Source of the DNA: a virus
Taxonomy: Duplodnaviria; Caudoviricetes
DNA length: 64,000 bases
Reading direction: 5' to 3' (one strand)
Virus record (IMG/VR): IMGVR_UViG_3300034073_003276
This document shows positions 11,327-21,657 of this stretch, one piece after another. Position 1 is the stretch's first letter, and the number at the start of each line of letters is the position of its first letter. A model generated the notes under the pieces. The model searched no databases and was not told where the DNA came from. It was given only the letters and a program-made list of their open reading frames with translations. A program made the translations under genes and the position numbers.

Positions 11327-14300
11327 TTAAATCTTTGTGGCAATAAAATTAATTACATAATTAGTTGCTGATGCTGAAGACCCAGTTGCAAGAAGTACTA
11401 AATTTCCACCAGAAATATCAACATCGAATGATGCTACGGGGGTATTATTATAAACAGTCCCATATTCAGTGTGATAAGCAGTTATATTATCGTGAAGGGT
11501 AAGAATTTTTGTGCATTGGAAATTAGTTCCCTCTGTTGCTTGGATTGTGTATTCCACAAAACGATATGCTGAAGTAGAGAGTCCAGAATGAATACTTGTC
11601 TGAAGTATAGTTGATAAAGTTGAAGTTGCAGATCCAGTAACTGTCGTAGAGTTGATTTCAATATCACCAATAACTTGAAGTTTTGATGTTGGTTGAGTAG
11701 AACCAACACCAATATTAGTTCCAGTATCAGTAATAATACTATTAGTTAATTGACCATTACCATCATCCCATTTTACAATTCTATTATCAGTTAAATTATC
11801 ACCATTCTTAAGTGCCACTGAATCAGAACTAATGGTAATACCAGTTCCAACATTAACATCGAGAGTTACATCAGAAGTTAAAGTTCCACCACCACCTAAT
11901 CCAGATCCAGCAATCACATCCCGATTAAGATTTAATGCAGTTGTAGCAACTCCCACAAGATTTCCATAAAATGTTGTTGCTGTAGTAACACCAGAAACAT
12001 AAAGTTGTGAAACAGTAACAATACCTAAAGTTGCAATCCCAGTATTGTTTATATTAGTATTACTTAAGAAATCAATAGTACCTGTAGTGGTATCTAAGGT
12101 CTCAATGCTACCAATACCACTATAAGAAACATTAGTGCCTGAGAGATAATCAATAGTACCTGTGGTTACATCAAGAGTCTCAATGGTTCCAATACCAGAA
12201 GTATTAAGATTAGTATTACTTAAGAAGTCAATAGTACCAGTAGTGGTATCTAAAGTTTCAATAGTTCCAATACCACTATAAGAAACATTAGTGCCTGAGA
12301 GATAATCAATAGTACCTGTAGTGGTATCTAAGGTTTCTATAGTTCCAATACCACTATAAGAAACATTAGTGCCTGATAAGAAATCAATGGTTGCTGTAGC
12401 GGTATCTAAGGTTTCTATAGTACCTATTCCACTATAAGAAACATTAGTACCAGAAAGGTAATCAATAGTACCAGTAGTGGTATCTAAGGTCTCAATGGTT
12501 CCAATACCTGAAGTATTCAGATTGGTATTACTTAAATAATCAATAGTACCTGTAGTGGTATCTAAAGTTTCAATAGTTCCAATGCCACTTACATTAATAT
12601 TATTAGCACTAAGTTCATCAAAAACAATATCATCAGCAACATAAAGATCCCCACCAACATAAAGGTCACCAGAGAATGTACCAACTCCAACAAATGTAGA
12701 TACACCGGAAACATAAAGTTGTGAAGCAGTAACAATACCTAAAGTTGCAATCCCAGTATTGTTTAGATTGGTATTACTTAAGAAGTCAATAGTACCAGTA
12801 GTTACATCAAGAATCTCAATGGTTCCAATACCAGTTATATTAATATTATTGGCACTAATTTCATCAAAAACAACATCATCAGCAACATAAAGATCTCCAC
12901 GAACATAAAGGTCTCCATTAAAAGTACTAATTCCATTAAATGTAGAAAATCCAGTGACAAAAAGATTTTCATTCAATAAGAAATCAATAGTACCAGTAGT
13001 TACATCAAGAGTCTCAATGGTTCCAATACCAGTTATATTAATATTTCTAGCATTAAGTTCGTCGAAAGTAATATCATCAGCAACATAAAGATCTCCACCA
13101 ACATAAAGGTCACCAGAAAATGTACTAACTCCAACGAATGTAGAAACTCCAGAAACATAAAGTTGATTTGATGTAACAATACCTAAAGTTGCAATCCCAG
13201 TATTGTTTAGATTGGTATTACTTAAGAAGTCAATAGTACCAGTAGTTACATCAAGAATCTCAATGGTTCCAATACCAGTTATATTAATATTTCTAGCACT
13301 AATTTCATCAAAAACAACATCATCAGCAACATAAAGATCTCCACCAACATAAAGGTCTCCATTAAAAGTACTGATTCCATTAAATGTAGAAAATCCAGAA
13401 ACATAAAGTTGTGAAGCAGTAACAATACCTAAAGTTGCAATCCCAGTATTGTTTAAATTAGTATTACTTAAGAAATCAATAGTACCTGTAGTGGTATCTA
13501 AGGTCTCTATAGTTCCAATACCAGTTATATTAATATTTCTAGCACTAATTTCATCAAAAACAACATCATCAGCAACATAAAGATCTCCACGAACATAAAG
13601 GTCTCCATTAAAAGTACTGATTCCATTAAATGTAGAAAATCCAGTGACAAAAAGATTTTCATTCAATAAGAAATCAATAGTACCTGTAGTAGTATCTAAG
13701 GTCTCTATAGTTCCAATACCAGTTATATTAATATTTCTAGCACTAATTTCATCAAAAACAACATCATCAGCAACATAAAGATCTCCACCAACATAAAGGT
13801 CACCAGAGAATGTACTAACTCCAACGAATGTAGAAACTCCAGAAACATAAAGTTGTGAAGTGGTAACAATACCTAAAGTTGCAATTCCAGTATTGTTTAA
13901 ATTAGTATTACTTAAATAATCAATAGTACCAGTAGTTACATCAAGAGTCTCAATGGTTCCAATGCCACTTACATTAATATTATTAGCACTAATTTCATCA
14001 AAAACAACATCATCAGCAACATAAAGATCTCCACCAACATAAAGGTCACCAGAAAATGTACTAACTCCAACGAATGTAGAAACTCCAGAAACATAAAGTT
14101 GATTTGATGTAACAATACCTAAAGTTGCAATCCCAGTATTGTTTAGATTGGTATTACTTAAGAAGTCAATAGTACCAGTAGTGGTATCTAAGGTCTCAAT
14201 GGTTCCAATACCACTATAAGAAACATTAGTGCCAGAGAGGTAATCAATAGTACCAGTGGTGGTATCTAAGGTTTCAATGGTTCCAATACCACTATAAGAA

Positions 14301-16810
14301 ACATTAGTGCCTGATAAGAAATCAATAGTTGCTGTAGTGGTATCTAAAGTTTCAATAGTTCCAATACCTGAAGTATTCAGATTGGTATTACTTAAATAAT
14401 CAATAGTACCAGTAGTTACATCAAGAGTCTCAATGGTACCAATACCACTATAAGAAACATTAGTGCCAGAGAGGTAATCAATGGTTGCTGTAGTGGTATC
14501 TAAGGTCTCAATGGTACCAATACCAGAAGTATTAAGATTAGTATTACTTAAGAAGTCAATAGTACCTGTAGTGGTATCTAAGGTCTCAATGGTTCCGATA
14601 CCTGAAGTATTAAGATTAGTATTACTTAAGAAGTCAATAGTACCTGTAGTGGTATCTAAGGTCTCAATGGTACCTATTCCACTATAAGAAACATTATTAC
14701 CAGAAAGGTAATCAATGGTTGCTATAGTAGTATCTAAGGTCTCAATGGTACCTATTCCACTATAAGAAACATTAGTGCCTGATAAGAAATCAATGATTGC
14801 TGTAGTGGTATCTAAAGTTTCAATGGTTCCAATACCACTATAAGAAACATTAGTGCCTGATAAGAAATCAATAGTACCTGTAGTGGTATCTAAGGTCTCA
14901 ATGGTTCCAATACCAATTGCATAAATATTTGGAACTGTTAGTTGATTAGAACTTAATACTTCAACTTCATTAATTTTATAAACTTTACCAGATTCTAAAT
15001 CAAAGTTTTCACTCGATTTTAGAGAATCGCTAGAATAATCATATGTTAAAGTTTTACGAATATTTACAGATCCAATTCCAATTCCAGCACCATCAAGAAG
15101 AAAATTAGTTCCTACTGTAGTTGCTATACCTACATTAAAATCGGCAAATTCAATTGTTGTTGAATTAACAATAAATTCCGTACCTTCTACATATAGATCA
15201 CCTTTAATTCTTACTATACCACTTGTAGTTCCAACGCCAACTGGATGAGGGTCAATAATTAAAACTTCCGGACCACTTATAGTATCTGCAGTAATATTAA
15301 TTGAAGTCGAAGAAGGTCCAGTTGAAAACTGAGTTGCAGTTATAATACCAGAAGAATCAATATTAGTATTACTTAAGAAGTCAATAGTACCAGTAGTGGT
15401 ATCTAAAGTCTCAATGGTTCCAATACCACTATAAGAAACATTAGTGCCAGAGAGGTAATCAATAGTACCAGTGGTGGTATCTAAGGTTTCAATGGTTCCA
15501 ATACCACTATAAGAAACATTAGTGCCTGATAAGAAATCAATAGTTGCTGTAGTGGTATCTAAAGTTTCAATAGTTCCAATACCACTATAAGAAACATTAG
15601 TACCAGAAAGGTAATCAATAGTACCAGTAGTGGTATCTAAGGTCTCAATGGTTCCAATACCTAAAGTATCCAGATTGGTATTACTTAAATAATCAATAGT
15701 ACCAGTAGTTACATCAAGAGTCTCAATGGTACCAATACCAGAAGTATTAAGATTAGTATTACTTAAGAAGTCAATAGTACCTGTAGTGGTATCTAAGGTC
15801 TCAATGGTTCCAATACCTGAAGTATTCAGATTAGTATTACTTAAGAAGTCAATAGTACCTGTAGTGGTATCTAAGGTCTCAATGGTTCCAATACCACTAT
15901 AAGAAACATTAGTGCCTGATAAGAAATCAATAGTACCAGTAGTTACATCAAGAGTCTCAATGGTACCAATACCAGAAGTATTAAGATTAGTATTACTTAA
16001 GAAGTCAATAGTACCTGTAGTGGTATCTAAGGTCTCAATGGTACCTATTCCACTATAAGAAACATTATTACCAGAAAGGTAATCAATGGTTGCTATAGTA
16101 GTATCTAAGGTCTCAATGGTACCTATTCCACTATAAGAAACATTAGTGCCTGATAAGAAATCAATGATTGCTGTAGTGGTATCTAAAGTTTCAATAGTTC
16201 CAATACCAGTTATATTAATATTTCTAGCATTAAGTTCGTCGAAAGTAATATCATCAGCAACATAAAGATCCCCACCAACATAAAGATCTCCACCTGTTGT
16301 TGTAATACCGCCAGCAGAGGCAAGTGTTGCGACCCCTACAACATTTAAAGTCTCTGAAATATTAGTTATATCAAGTTCCGTTATACCTTCTACATTCAGA
16401 TTTCCATTAGCATCAATAGAATCAGTAAATGTAGAAACTCCTGTGACACTTAAATTGCCAGTAAGAATTGCGTTTCTTGCAGTAAACTCATCAAAGATTA
16501 AATCATCCGCAACATAAAGATCTCCACCAACATATAAATCTCCACCAGTCGTAACAATACCACTAGTTGCCGCTAATGTAGTAATTCCAGAAACATAAAG
16601 TTGCCCAAAAGAAGAAGAGGCACTTACATCAATATTTGTAGCAGTTACAACACCTGTAAAATATCCATCTCCTACAACATATAATGCAGATGTAGCATTT
16701 GTAGTTCCTATACCAACATTACCAACAATATCTAATACGGTTTTATTTTCGGTAAAACTATTAATACCAATACTTAAATTTCTTTGTCTACCGCTGAGGA
16801 ACTTTGCCAT
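11327..16810 (-). CDS. Repeat-rich long tail fibre / virion structural protein
   Basis: About 35 copies of a 26-aa unit ([26 protein letters not shown] and variants) plus ~56-aa units ([29 protein letters not shown]). Rich in T/G/I/S beta-strand residues. Confidence 0.75.
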   Translation of the reverse strand: MAKFLSGRQRNLSIGINSFTENKTVLDIVGNVGIGTTNATSALYVVGDGYFTGVVTATNIDVSASSSFGQLYVSGITTLAATSGIVTTGGDLYVGGDLYVADDLIFDEFTARNAILTGNLSVTGVSTFTDSIDANGNLNVEGITELDITNISETLNVVGVATLASAGGITTTGGDLYVGGDLYVADDITFDELNARNINITGIGTIETLDTTTAIIDFLSGTNVSYSGIGTIETLDTTIATIDYLSGNNVSYSGIGTIETLDTTTGTIDFLSNTNLNTSGIGTIETLDVTTGTIDFLSGTNVSYSGIGTIETLDTTTGTIDFLSNTNLNTSGIGTIETLDTTTGTIDFLSNTNLNTSGIGTIETLDVTTGTIDYLSNTNLDTLGIGTIETLDTTTGTIDYLSGTNVSYSGIGTIETLDTTTATIDFLSGTNVSYSGIGTIETLDTTTGTIDYLSGTNVSYSGIGTIETLDTTTGTIDFLSNTNIDSSGIITATQFSTGPSSTSINITADTISGPEVLIIDPHPVGVGTTSGIVRIKGDLYVEGTEFIVNSTTIEFADFNVGIATTVGTNFLLDGAGIGIGSVNIRKTLTYDYSSDSLKSSENFDLESGKVYKINEVEVLSSNQLTVPNIYAIGIGTIETLDTTTGTIDFLSGTNVSYSGIGTIETLDTTTAIIDFLSGTNVSYSGIGTIETLDTTIATIDYLSGNNVSYSGIGTIETLDTTTGTIDFLSNTNLNTSGIGTIETLDTTTGTIDFLSNTNLNTSGIGTIETLDTTTATIDYLSGTNVSYSGIGTIETLDVTTGTIDYLSNTNLNTSGIGTIETLDTTTATIDFLSGTNVSYSGIGTIETLDTTTGTIDYLSGTNVSYSGIGTIETLDTTTGTIDFLSNTNLNNTGIATLGIVTSNQLYVSGVSTFVGVSTFSGDLYVGGDLYVADDVVFDEISANNINVSGIGTIETLDVTTGTIDYLSNTNLNNTGIATLGIVTTSQLYVSGVSTFVGVSTFSGDLYVGGDLYVADDVVFDEISARNINITGIGTIETLDTTTGTIDFLLNENLFVTGFSTFNGISTFNGDLYVRGDLYVADDVVFDEISARNINITGIGTIETLDTTTGTIDFLSNTNLNNTGIATLGIVTASQLYVSGFSTFNGISTFNGDLYVGGDLYVADDVVFDEISARNINITGIGTIEILDVTTGTIDFLSNTNLNNTGIATLGIVTSNQLYVSGVSTFVGVSTFSGDLYVGGDLYVADDITFDELNARNINITGIGTIETLDVTTGTIDFLLNENLFVTGFSTFNGISTFNGDLYVRGDLYVADDVVFDEISANNINITGIGTIEILDVTTGTIDFLSNTNLNNTGIATLGIVTASQLYVSGVSTFVGVGTFSGDLYVGGDLYVADDIVFDELSANNINVSGIGTIETLDTTTGTIDYLSNTNLNTSGIGTIETLDTTTGTIDYLSGTNVSYSGIGTIETLDTATATIDFLSGTNVSYSGIGTIETLDTTTGTIDYLSGTNVSYSGIGTIETLDTTTGTIDFLSNTNLNTSGIGTIETLDVTTGTIDYLSGTNVSYSGIGSIETLDTTTGTIDFLSNTNINNTGIATLGIVTVSQLYVSGVTTATTFYGNLVGVATTALNLNRDVIAGSGLGGGGTLTSDVTLDVNVGTGITISSDSVALKNGDNLTDNRIVKWDDGNGQLTNSIITDTGTNIGVGSTQPTSKLQVIGDIEINSTTVTGSATSTLSTILQTSIHSGLSTSAYRFVEYTIQATEGTNFQCTKILTLHDNITAYHTEYGTVYNNTPVASFDVDISGGNLVLLATGSSASATNYVINFIATKI
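11988..12259. repeat. Direct repeat copy B (~272 nt), identical to 10494..10765
   Basis: Base-by-base visual comparison. Confidence 0.85.
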
Positions 16811-16819
16811 TGTTGGTTA

Positions 16820-17161
16820 TTAGTTGAGAGTTTCTAAAATACTTCCAATAAATTTGATATTAGTGCCATCACTTGCCGAAATACTCAAAGAATCACCAGA
16901 CTCAAGCACAAGTTTTCCACCCAGAAGAGTTGTCGTATCATTCCCTTCAATTGGAAAATCTTTCAATATTTCCGTAGTTACAGCAATTCCAGTTTTAGTT
17001 CTTTTATGGGAGAAAGAAATTGTGTGAGTATTCACATCAATATTTGCTGCCTGTGCCAATAAAACAACGCTACTATAACCAATAGGTGCTGTATAAATTC
17101 CAACGGCACTTGTTGGAACTACAGTAGTAACTGTTTTATAAACATTTAACGGTAATGCCAT
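16820..17161 (-). CDS. Conserved small virion structural protein (cyanophage)
   Basis: 113-aa beta-rich ORF ending GGKLVLESGD...FIGSILETLN, between fibre genes. Confidence 0.55.
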   Translation of the reverse strand: MALPLNVYKTVTTVVPTSAVGIYTAPIGYSSVVLLAQAANIDVNTHTISFSHKRTKTGIAVTTEILKDFPIEGNDTTTLLGGKLVLESGDSLSISASDGTNIKFIGSILETLN

Positions 17162-17165
17162 TGTT

Positions 17166-19040
17166 TTATTCTCCTAATGCTAGAATGTATGGTGTAAGAG
17201 TTGCAAACAAACTCTTGGAATAGAAAGTTCCAGAAATAGTACCAGTGACCTGATTGATTTGAACTCCCTCACCAATTCTAAAATTTCCTGACTGATCGGT
17301 ACTAGTATAAACAACTAGTCCACCATTTCTAGAATCAGTTTCATTATCTGGAATTGACACTCCACCATTTGCTGGTAAAGAATTAACTTTATCTGTTCCA
17401 GATCCAATGTATTCAAAAGAGTGTCCAGATCCCAATATTCTACTTTGTTTAAAGAACGGAACTGTAGATCCAACTCCAACAACATAAGGCACATTTTCAT
17501 TTAATGTAATCGTACAAATTCCAGCACTTGGTGGTGTTGAACTTTGAATTGTATAATAAGACGGTAAAAGTTCTAAAGTAGCAGTTGCTGTATTTATCCC
17601 AACATCAGGAGCAGAGAATGTAATTGTTGGAAGTGATGTATATCCTCTACCACTCGAAACAATTTCAACTCCAACGACACTTCCATTACGAATTTCAGCA
17701 ACGGCAGTAGCAGACACTCCCCAATCATTTACTGTTGAAGGATCTTCAATTGTAATTGTTGGAGCACTATTGTATCCACTACCAGAATTTGTAATCGTAA
17801 TTTTTCCTAATGTATAATATAGTTCATCAAGATAGATAACTTGACCATCAAAAGGTCTTACAACATCAATTGCTACCGTGCCGCCAGACTCATAAGAATG
17901 TGGAAGAGTTGAAGGTCCAACATAAGCAGAGAATGTATCAGCAGAATTTACAGACTCAACAGTAAATTTATAACCATAATTTCCGCTAGGATAAGTAAGA
18001 ATTGTTGGTCCAGAAGGGCAACTAAATTGAAGACCATTAATTGTCAAACCCATTCCGACATTAAAATTGTGGTTTGTTGTGGTGGTGATTGTGACAATAC
18101 CAGATACATTATCATATGATGCTGTCTGAACTCCAAGTGTTGGAGTGCTAATATCAACCTCAAAAATAAAGTCGTTAATTTCTGAATTTGACCCTGTTAG
18201 AATTCCAGTGTATTGCTTTGCTCCTACACCATCAGCAACTAGTCCATAATTACCGAATGAAGAGTTAGAGTTTGTAAGATCGCAAGCACCACCACTTCCA
18301 CAATATACTGCAATATCACTATTAATAGTAAATAAAGAAACTAACTGTGCGTATCCACCATTTGTGATTGAAACTCCAATGCCATTTGGATTGTATTGAG
18401 TAAAAGAGTCTGTAACCATACTCTTGAATGGTCCAATAACATCTCTACCATCAATCTTCATTCCAATACTATTTTCAATAAAATTTGTGCAGTTACGAAT
18501 ATAAGGTGATTGTGCCGAGTATCTTACAATATTTGGATTAAAGGCAACAATTCCTTTTCCAGGATTTAGTGTACCTGTAAACGATAACTCTGTAATATAA
18601 TTACCAGGAGCAACATGAAAAAGATCTTGATCAGCATTTTGAGGAGAAACTGAAACTTCTCTTAAACTATCTCCAACGATACTGACTTGTGGCGGTAAAA
18701 CAATTGGATTATTCTCAACATAAGACCCAGCACTTATACGAATCACATCTCCTTCTGTAGCAACAGCAACGGCACCAGCAATTGTTGCTTTTGCATCTCC
18801 AAGTTTAAGACCTGTGTTATTATCGTTTCCGTCTTTTGTTACATAAAGAATATTTGTAACACTTGCACCTGCTCCGACTCTTACAACTTCTGTTGCGATT
18901 CCTGTCTGTGAGAATCGGTCACGAAGTGCATATAACTCCGCATCATAAGTATTAAATGCTAATTCAGCACCTAATAGTTGGTCTACTGTAGGTCTTTTAC
19001 CAGGAACGGCAGACCTTTTTATCCGAATCGGAGTTGCCAT
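17166..19040 (-). CDS. Tailspike/fibre-like structural protein (Mtd_N-like N-terminus, pectin-lyase-like beta-helix)
   Basis: N-terminal IRIKRS...ELAFNTYD.ELY, then ILYVTKDGNDNNTG...KATIAGA...GDVIRISAGSYVE, typical of beta-helix entry regions. Confidence 0.6.
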   Translation of the reverse strand: MATPIRIKRSAVPGKRPTVDQLLGAELAFNTYDAELYALRDRFSQTGIATEVVRVGAGASVTNILYVTKDGNDNNTGLKLGDAKATIAGAVAVATEGDVIRISAGSYVENNPIVLPPQVSIVGDSLREVSVSPQNADQDLFHVAPGNYITELSFTGTLNPGKGIVAFNPNIVRYSAQSPYIRNCTNFIENSIGMKIDGRDVIGPFKSMVTDSFTQYNPNGIGVSITNGGYAQLVSLFTINSDIAVYCGSGGACDLTNSNSSFGNYGLVADGVGAKQYTGILTGSNSEINDFIFEVDISTPTLGVQTASYDNVSGIVTITTTTNHNFNVGMGLTINGLQFSCPSGPTILTYPSGNYGYKFTVESVNSADTFSAYVGPSTLPHSYESGGTVAIDVVRPFDGQVIYLDELYYTLGKITITNSGSGYNSAPTITIEDPSTVNDWGVSATAVAEIRNGSVVGVEIVSSGRGYTSLPTITFSAPDVGINTATATLELLPSYYTIQSSTPPSAGICTITLNENVPYVVGVGSTVPFFKQSRILGSGHSFEYIGSGTDKVNSLPANGGVSIPDNETDSRNGGLVVYTSTDQSGNFRIGEGVQINQVTGTISGTFYSKSLFATLTPYILALGE

Positions 19041-19104
19041 TTATTATATTCGGTATTTACCATAGGAGACAGTATATACTGCCTTTTTATATATTTATCA
19101 AACC

Positions 19105-19476
19105 TCAAGACGCATTATTTCTTCTTGGACGATAAGCAAATAAGTTAGTCGGAGGGTCTGGTTTCATCCACTCTTCTATCTTATCAAATCTTTCTTCATC
19201 ATAAAAATCTTGTTGGACATACCAAAGTTTCCAGTGGTCATGTCCTTTTGATTGATTACAATTATGACAACAACACACTACATTCTTTGTTGTATCTAAA
19301 CCACCTTTTGATTGTGGGATAACATGGTCAATTGTGAGATTTTCTTCTGACTCACAATACGCACATTTATAATTCCATTTTTCTTTAATTTCTTGTCTCC
19401 ATAATCTTCGTGCTTCTCCCGGTTTTGTAGTGCGTAAGTAAAACAAATATTCTTCTGGAGAATGAAGAGGAGTCAT
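19105..19476 (-). CDS. HNH endonuclease
   Basis: CAYC...LTIDHVIPQSKGG...NVVCCCHNCNQSKG is the HNH/McrA motif. Confidence 0.9.
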   Translation of the reverse strand: MTPLHSPEEYLFYLRTTKPGEARRLWRQEIKEKWNYKCAYCESEENLTIDHVIPQSKGGLDTTKNVVCCCHNCNQSKGHDHWKLWYVQQDFYDEERFDKIEEWMKPDPPTNLFAYRPRRNNAS

Positions 19477-19499
19477 AAGTTACTGCGACTTATGATTAT

Positions 19500-20195
19500 T
19501 TAGATACCGAAACGACCTCTTAGCATATTGAAGTTTTGTTGGATTTCTGATGATGACAATTCTCTATTATATATTCTTGTTAGTGAGATTCTACCATCAA
19601 AATTATAAGTATTTGCTCCGTTAGTATACCCACCACCAATACCTATAGTTTGTGGTGAGGAAATTGGTCGATTAGCAACTGACCCTGCCAAAATTGACAT
19701 TGACTGAGAAACACCATTTATCCAAAGTTTTGCTTGAGTATAAGTTGCTGTTGTCCAGTTTGGAATATAAACCGCATAATGAACCCATTTACCAACAAAA
19801 ATTGAAGTTGCTCCAGAAATGCCGTATCTTAAAGAAGACCCATTATTGATTCCAAATTGGTCATTATACAACCAAGTATCAAGAGAAACATTATAAAATG
19901 TAAATGGCATATGTCCATTTACACTAATAGTATTTGCATAAATTATTTGTTCTATTGTGTTGCCACTTGTACTAACATTTACAGATGCTGTTGTCTCTGT
20001 ATTAACGTCATTTCCTCCATAATCTATCCAACCACCAGAATTATATTGACCAGCAGAAACTAAGGTTCCATCACTATCATTACCACTCAAATCAGTCCAA
20101 GTGGTTCCAGAACCAGGATATGAGTTTCGGTCTGCTGCGTCAAGTGCTAAGACTAAACCATTTTCTACGATGTCTGGACCTGCGGATGCTCCCAT
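19500..20195 (-). CDS. Concanavalin A-like lectin/LamG-domain virion protein, paralogue 1
   Basis: GLVLALDAADRNSYPGSGTTWTDLSG N-terminus and F.G.I...IYNR.L...EI.QNFN C-terminus. Confidence 0.75.
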   Translation of the reverse strand: MGASAGPDIVENGLVLALDAADRNSYPGSGTTWTDLSGNDSDGTLVSAGQYNSGGWIDYGGNDVNTETTASVNVSTSGNTIEQIIYANTISVNGHMPFTFYNVSLDTWLYNDQFGINNGSSLRYGISGATSIFVGKWVHYAVYIPNWTTATYTQAKLWINGVSQSMSILAGSVANRPISSPQTIGIGGGYTNGANTYNFDGRISLTRIYNRELSSSEIQQNFNMLRGRFGI

Positions 20196-20890
20196 TAGAT
20201 TCCAAACCTCCCTCTGAGTGCGTTAAAGTTTTGTTGGATTTCTGATGCTGTGAGTGCTCTGTTGTATATGGATACTTGTGCTATGTTTCCTGTAAATCTA
20301 CCAGAATCAGAATATCCATAACCAAAAATTAAATTGGTAATATAAATTAAAGGGACATGTCCAGCACTCACACCAAAGGTAGTAGTTTTTGAAAGTGAAT
20401 TTATGTAAATATCATAACTATTACCATTCCAATTAAAATTAATACAATTCCACCCCGAAGAAATATTTTCAGTTATAGATGTTCTTCTATATGTTCCAGC
20501 AGGATATTCATACAGTATCGTAAGTGTTTCATCACTCACTAATCCAGTTATGCTACCAAAATTGACTCCAGGTTGTAATGAAGATCCATAATTAAAAAAT
20601 CCATTACTTGAACTTTGTGTTATAGTAGAATTAAGATATATCCAACAATTTAAGTGGTATAAACTTTGATTGTAATTTATTATTTGAACTTGATCATTCA
20701 CCCCATCAAAACTCAAAGAACCTCCATTACCACTATTATATCCAACACCATTCACAAGAGTTCCTGTATTACCTCTACCACTCAAATCAGTCCAAGTGGT
20801 TCCAGAACCAGGATATGAGTTTCGGTCTGCTGCGTCAAGTGCTAATACGAGTCCTTGTGTGACTACTGTTGGTCCGTGTCCGAGTGCCAT
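20195..20890 (-). CDS. Concanavalin A-like lectin/LamG-domain virion protein, paralogue 2
   Basis: Same conserved termini; TAATG overlap with neighbour. Confidence 0.75.
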   Translation of the reverse strand: MALGHGPTVVTQGLVLALDAADRNSYPGSGTTWTDLSGRGNTGTLVNGVGYNSGNGGSLSFDGVNDQVQIINYNQSLYHLNCWIYLNSTITQSSSNGFFNYGSSLQPGVNFGSITGLVSDETLTILYEYPAGTYRRTSITENISSGWNCINFNWNGNSYDIYINSLSKTTTFGVSAGHVPLIYITNLIFGYGYSDSGRFTGNIAQVSIYNRALTASEIQQNFNALRGRFGI

Positions 20891-21579
20891 TAGATTCCAA
20901 ACCTCCCTCTAAGAGCATTGAAGTTTTGTGAGATTTCTGTTGATGTGAGTGCTCTGTTATATATGGAGCAAGAAAACACATTGCCAGTCCATAATCTATC
21001 ATCCGTATTTGGTCTACACGCAACACTAATATTACCAAAACTTGAAGAGTTTATATTACTACTGTCGTTTAATATTTTTATTTCATTATCCAACCACAAA
21101 GAATATGTTGAAGTATTATGAGTTAATGTAACAAAATAAATTTGATTCAAATTTATAGGAAATCTTAATGTTTTTTCATTTCCACCTGCACCAGCAAAAA
21201 CAAAATCTGAATTTGGTGTTACACCAATGCACCATTTAGTAGAACCACTAGAAGCATCTGCCGAAATTAATCGCTTTGAAACTGAAACGGTGTCGGAAGA
21301 AGTTAATGAAGTAAGATTAAAAAAAATACAAACAGTAAAAATACTACTCAAAGTTGAAACTGGTAGTGTAGTTCTACATAAATCATCAACTCCATCAAAA
21401 CTCAAAGAACCTCCATTACTCCCAGAATATCCAACACCATTCACAAGAGTTCCATTGTTCCCATTACCACTCAAATCAGTCCAAGTGGTTCCAGAACCAG
21501 GATATGAGTTTCGGTCTGCTGCGTCAAGTGCTAGAACCAACCCATCAGTCACAACTTTCGGTCCATACCCTATCGACAT
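20890..21579 (-). CDS. Concanavalin A-like lectin/LamG-domain virion protein, paralogue 3
   Basis: Same conserved termini; FDGVDD LamG motif. Confidence 0.75.
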   Translation of the reverse strand: MSIGYGPKVVTDGLVLALDAADRNSYPGSGTTWTDLSGNGNNGTLVNGVGYSGSNGGSLSFDGVDDLCRTTLPVSTLSSIFTVCIFFNLTSLTSSDTVSVSKRLISADASSGSTKWCIGVTPNSDFVFAGAGGNEKTLRFPINLNQIYFVTLTHNTSTYSLWLDNEIKILNDSSNINSSSFGNISVACRPNTDDRLWTGNVFSCSIYNRALTSTEISQNFNALRGRFGI

Positions 21580-21657
21580 CTTAGAATTCTTATCGTTTCT
21601 CTTATCGTTATGTATATATAATGGAATTCCTCATAGAGAGTAATATCTTTGTCTCTC

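Noticed and set aside
893-21579. Diversity-generating retroelement (TR/VR)
   Set aside because: No reverse transcriptase in the window; variation includes indels and is not visibly adenine-restricted; all copies are inside ORFs.
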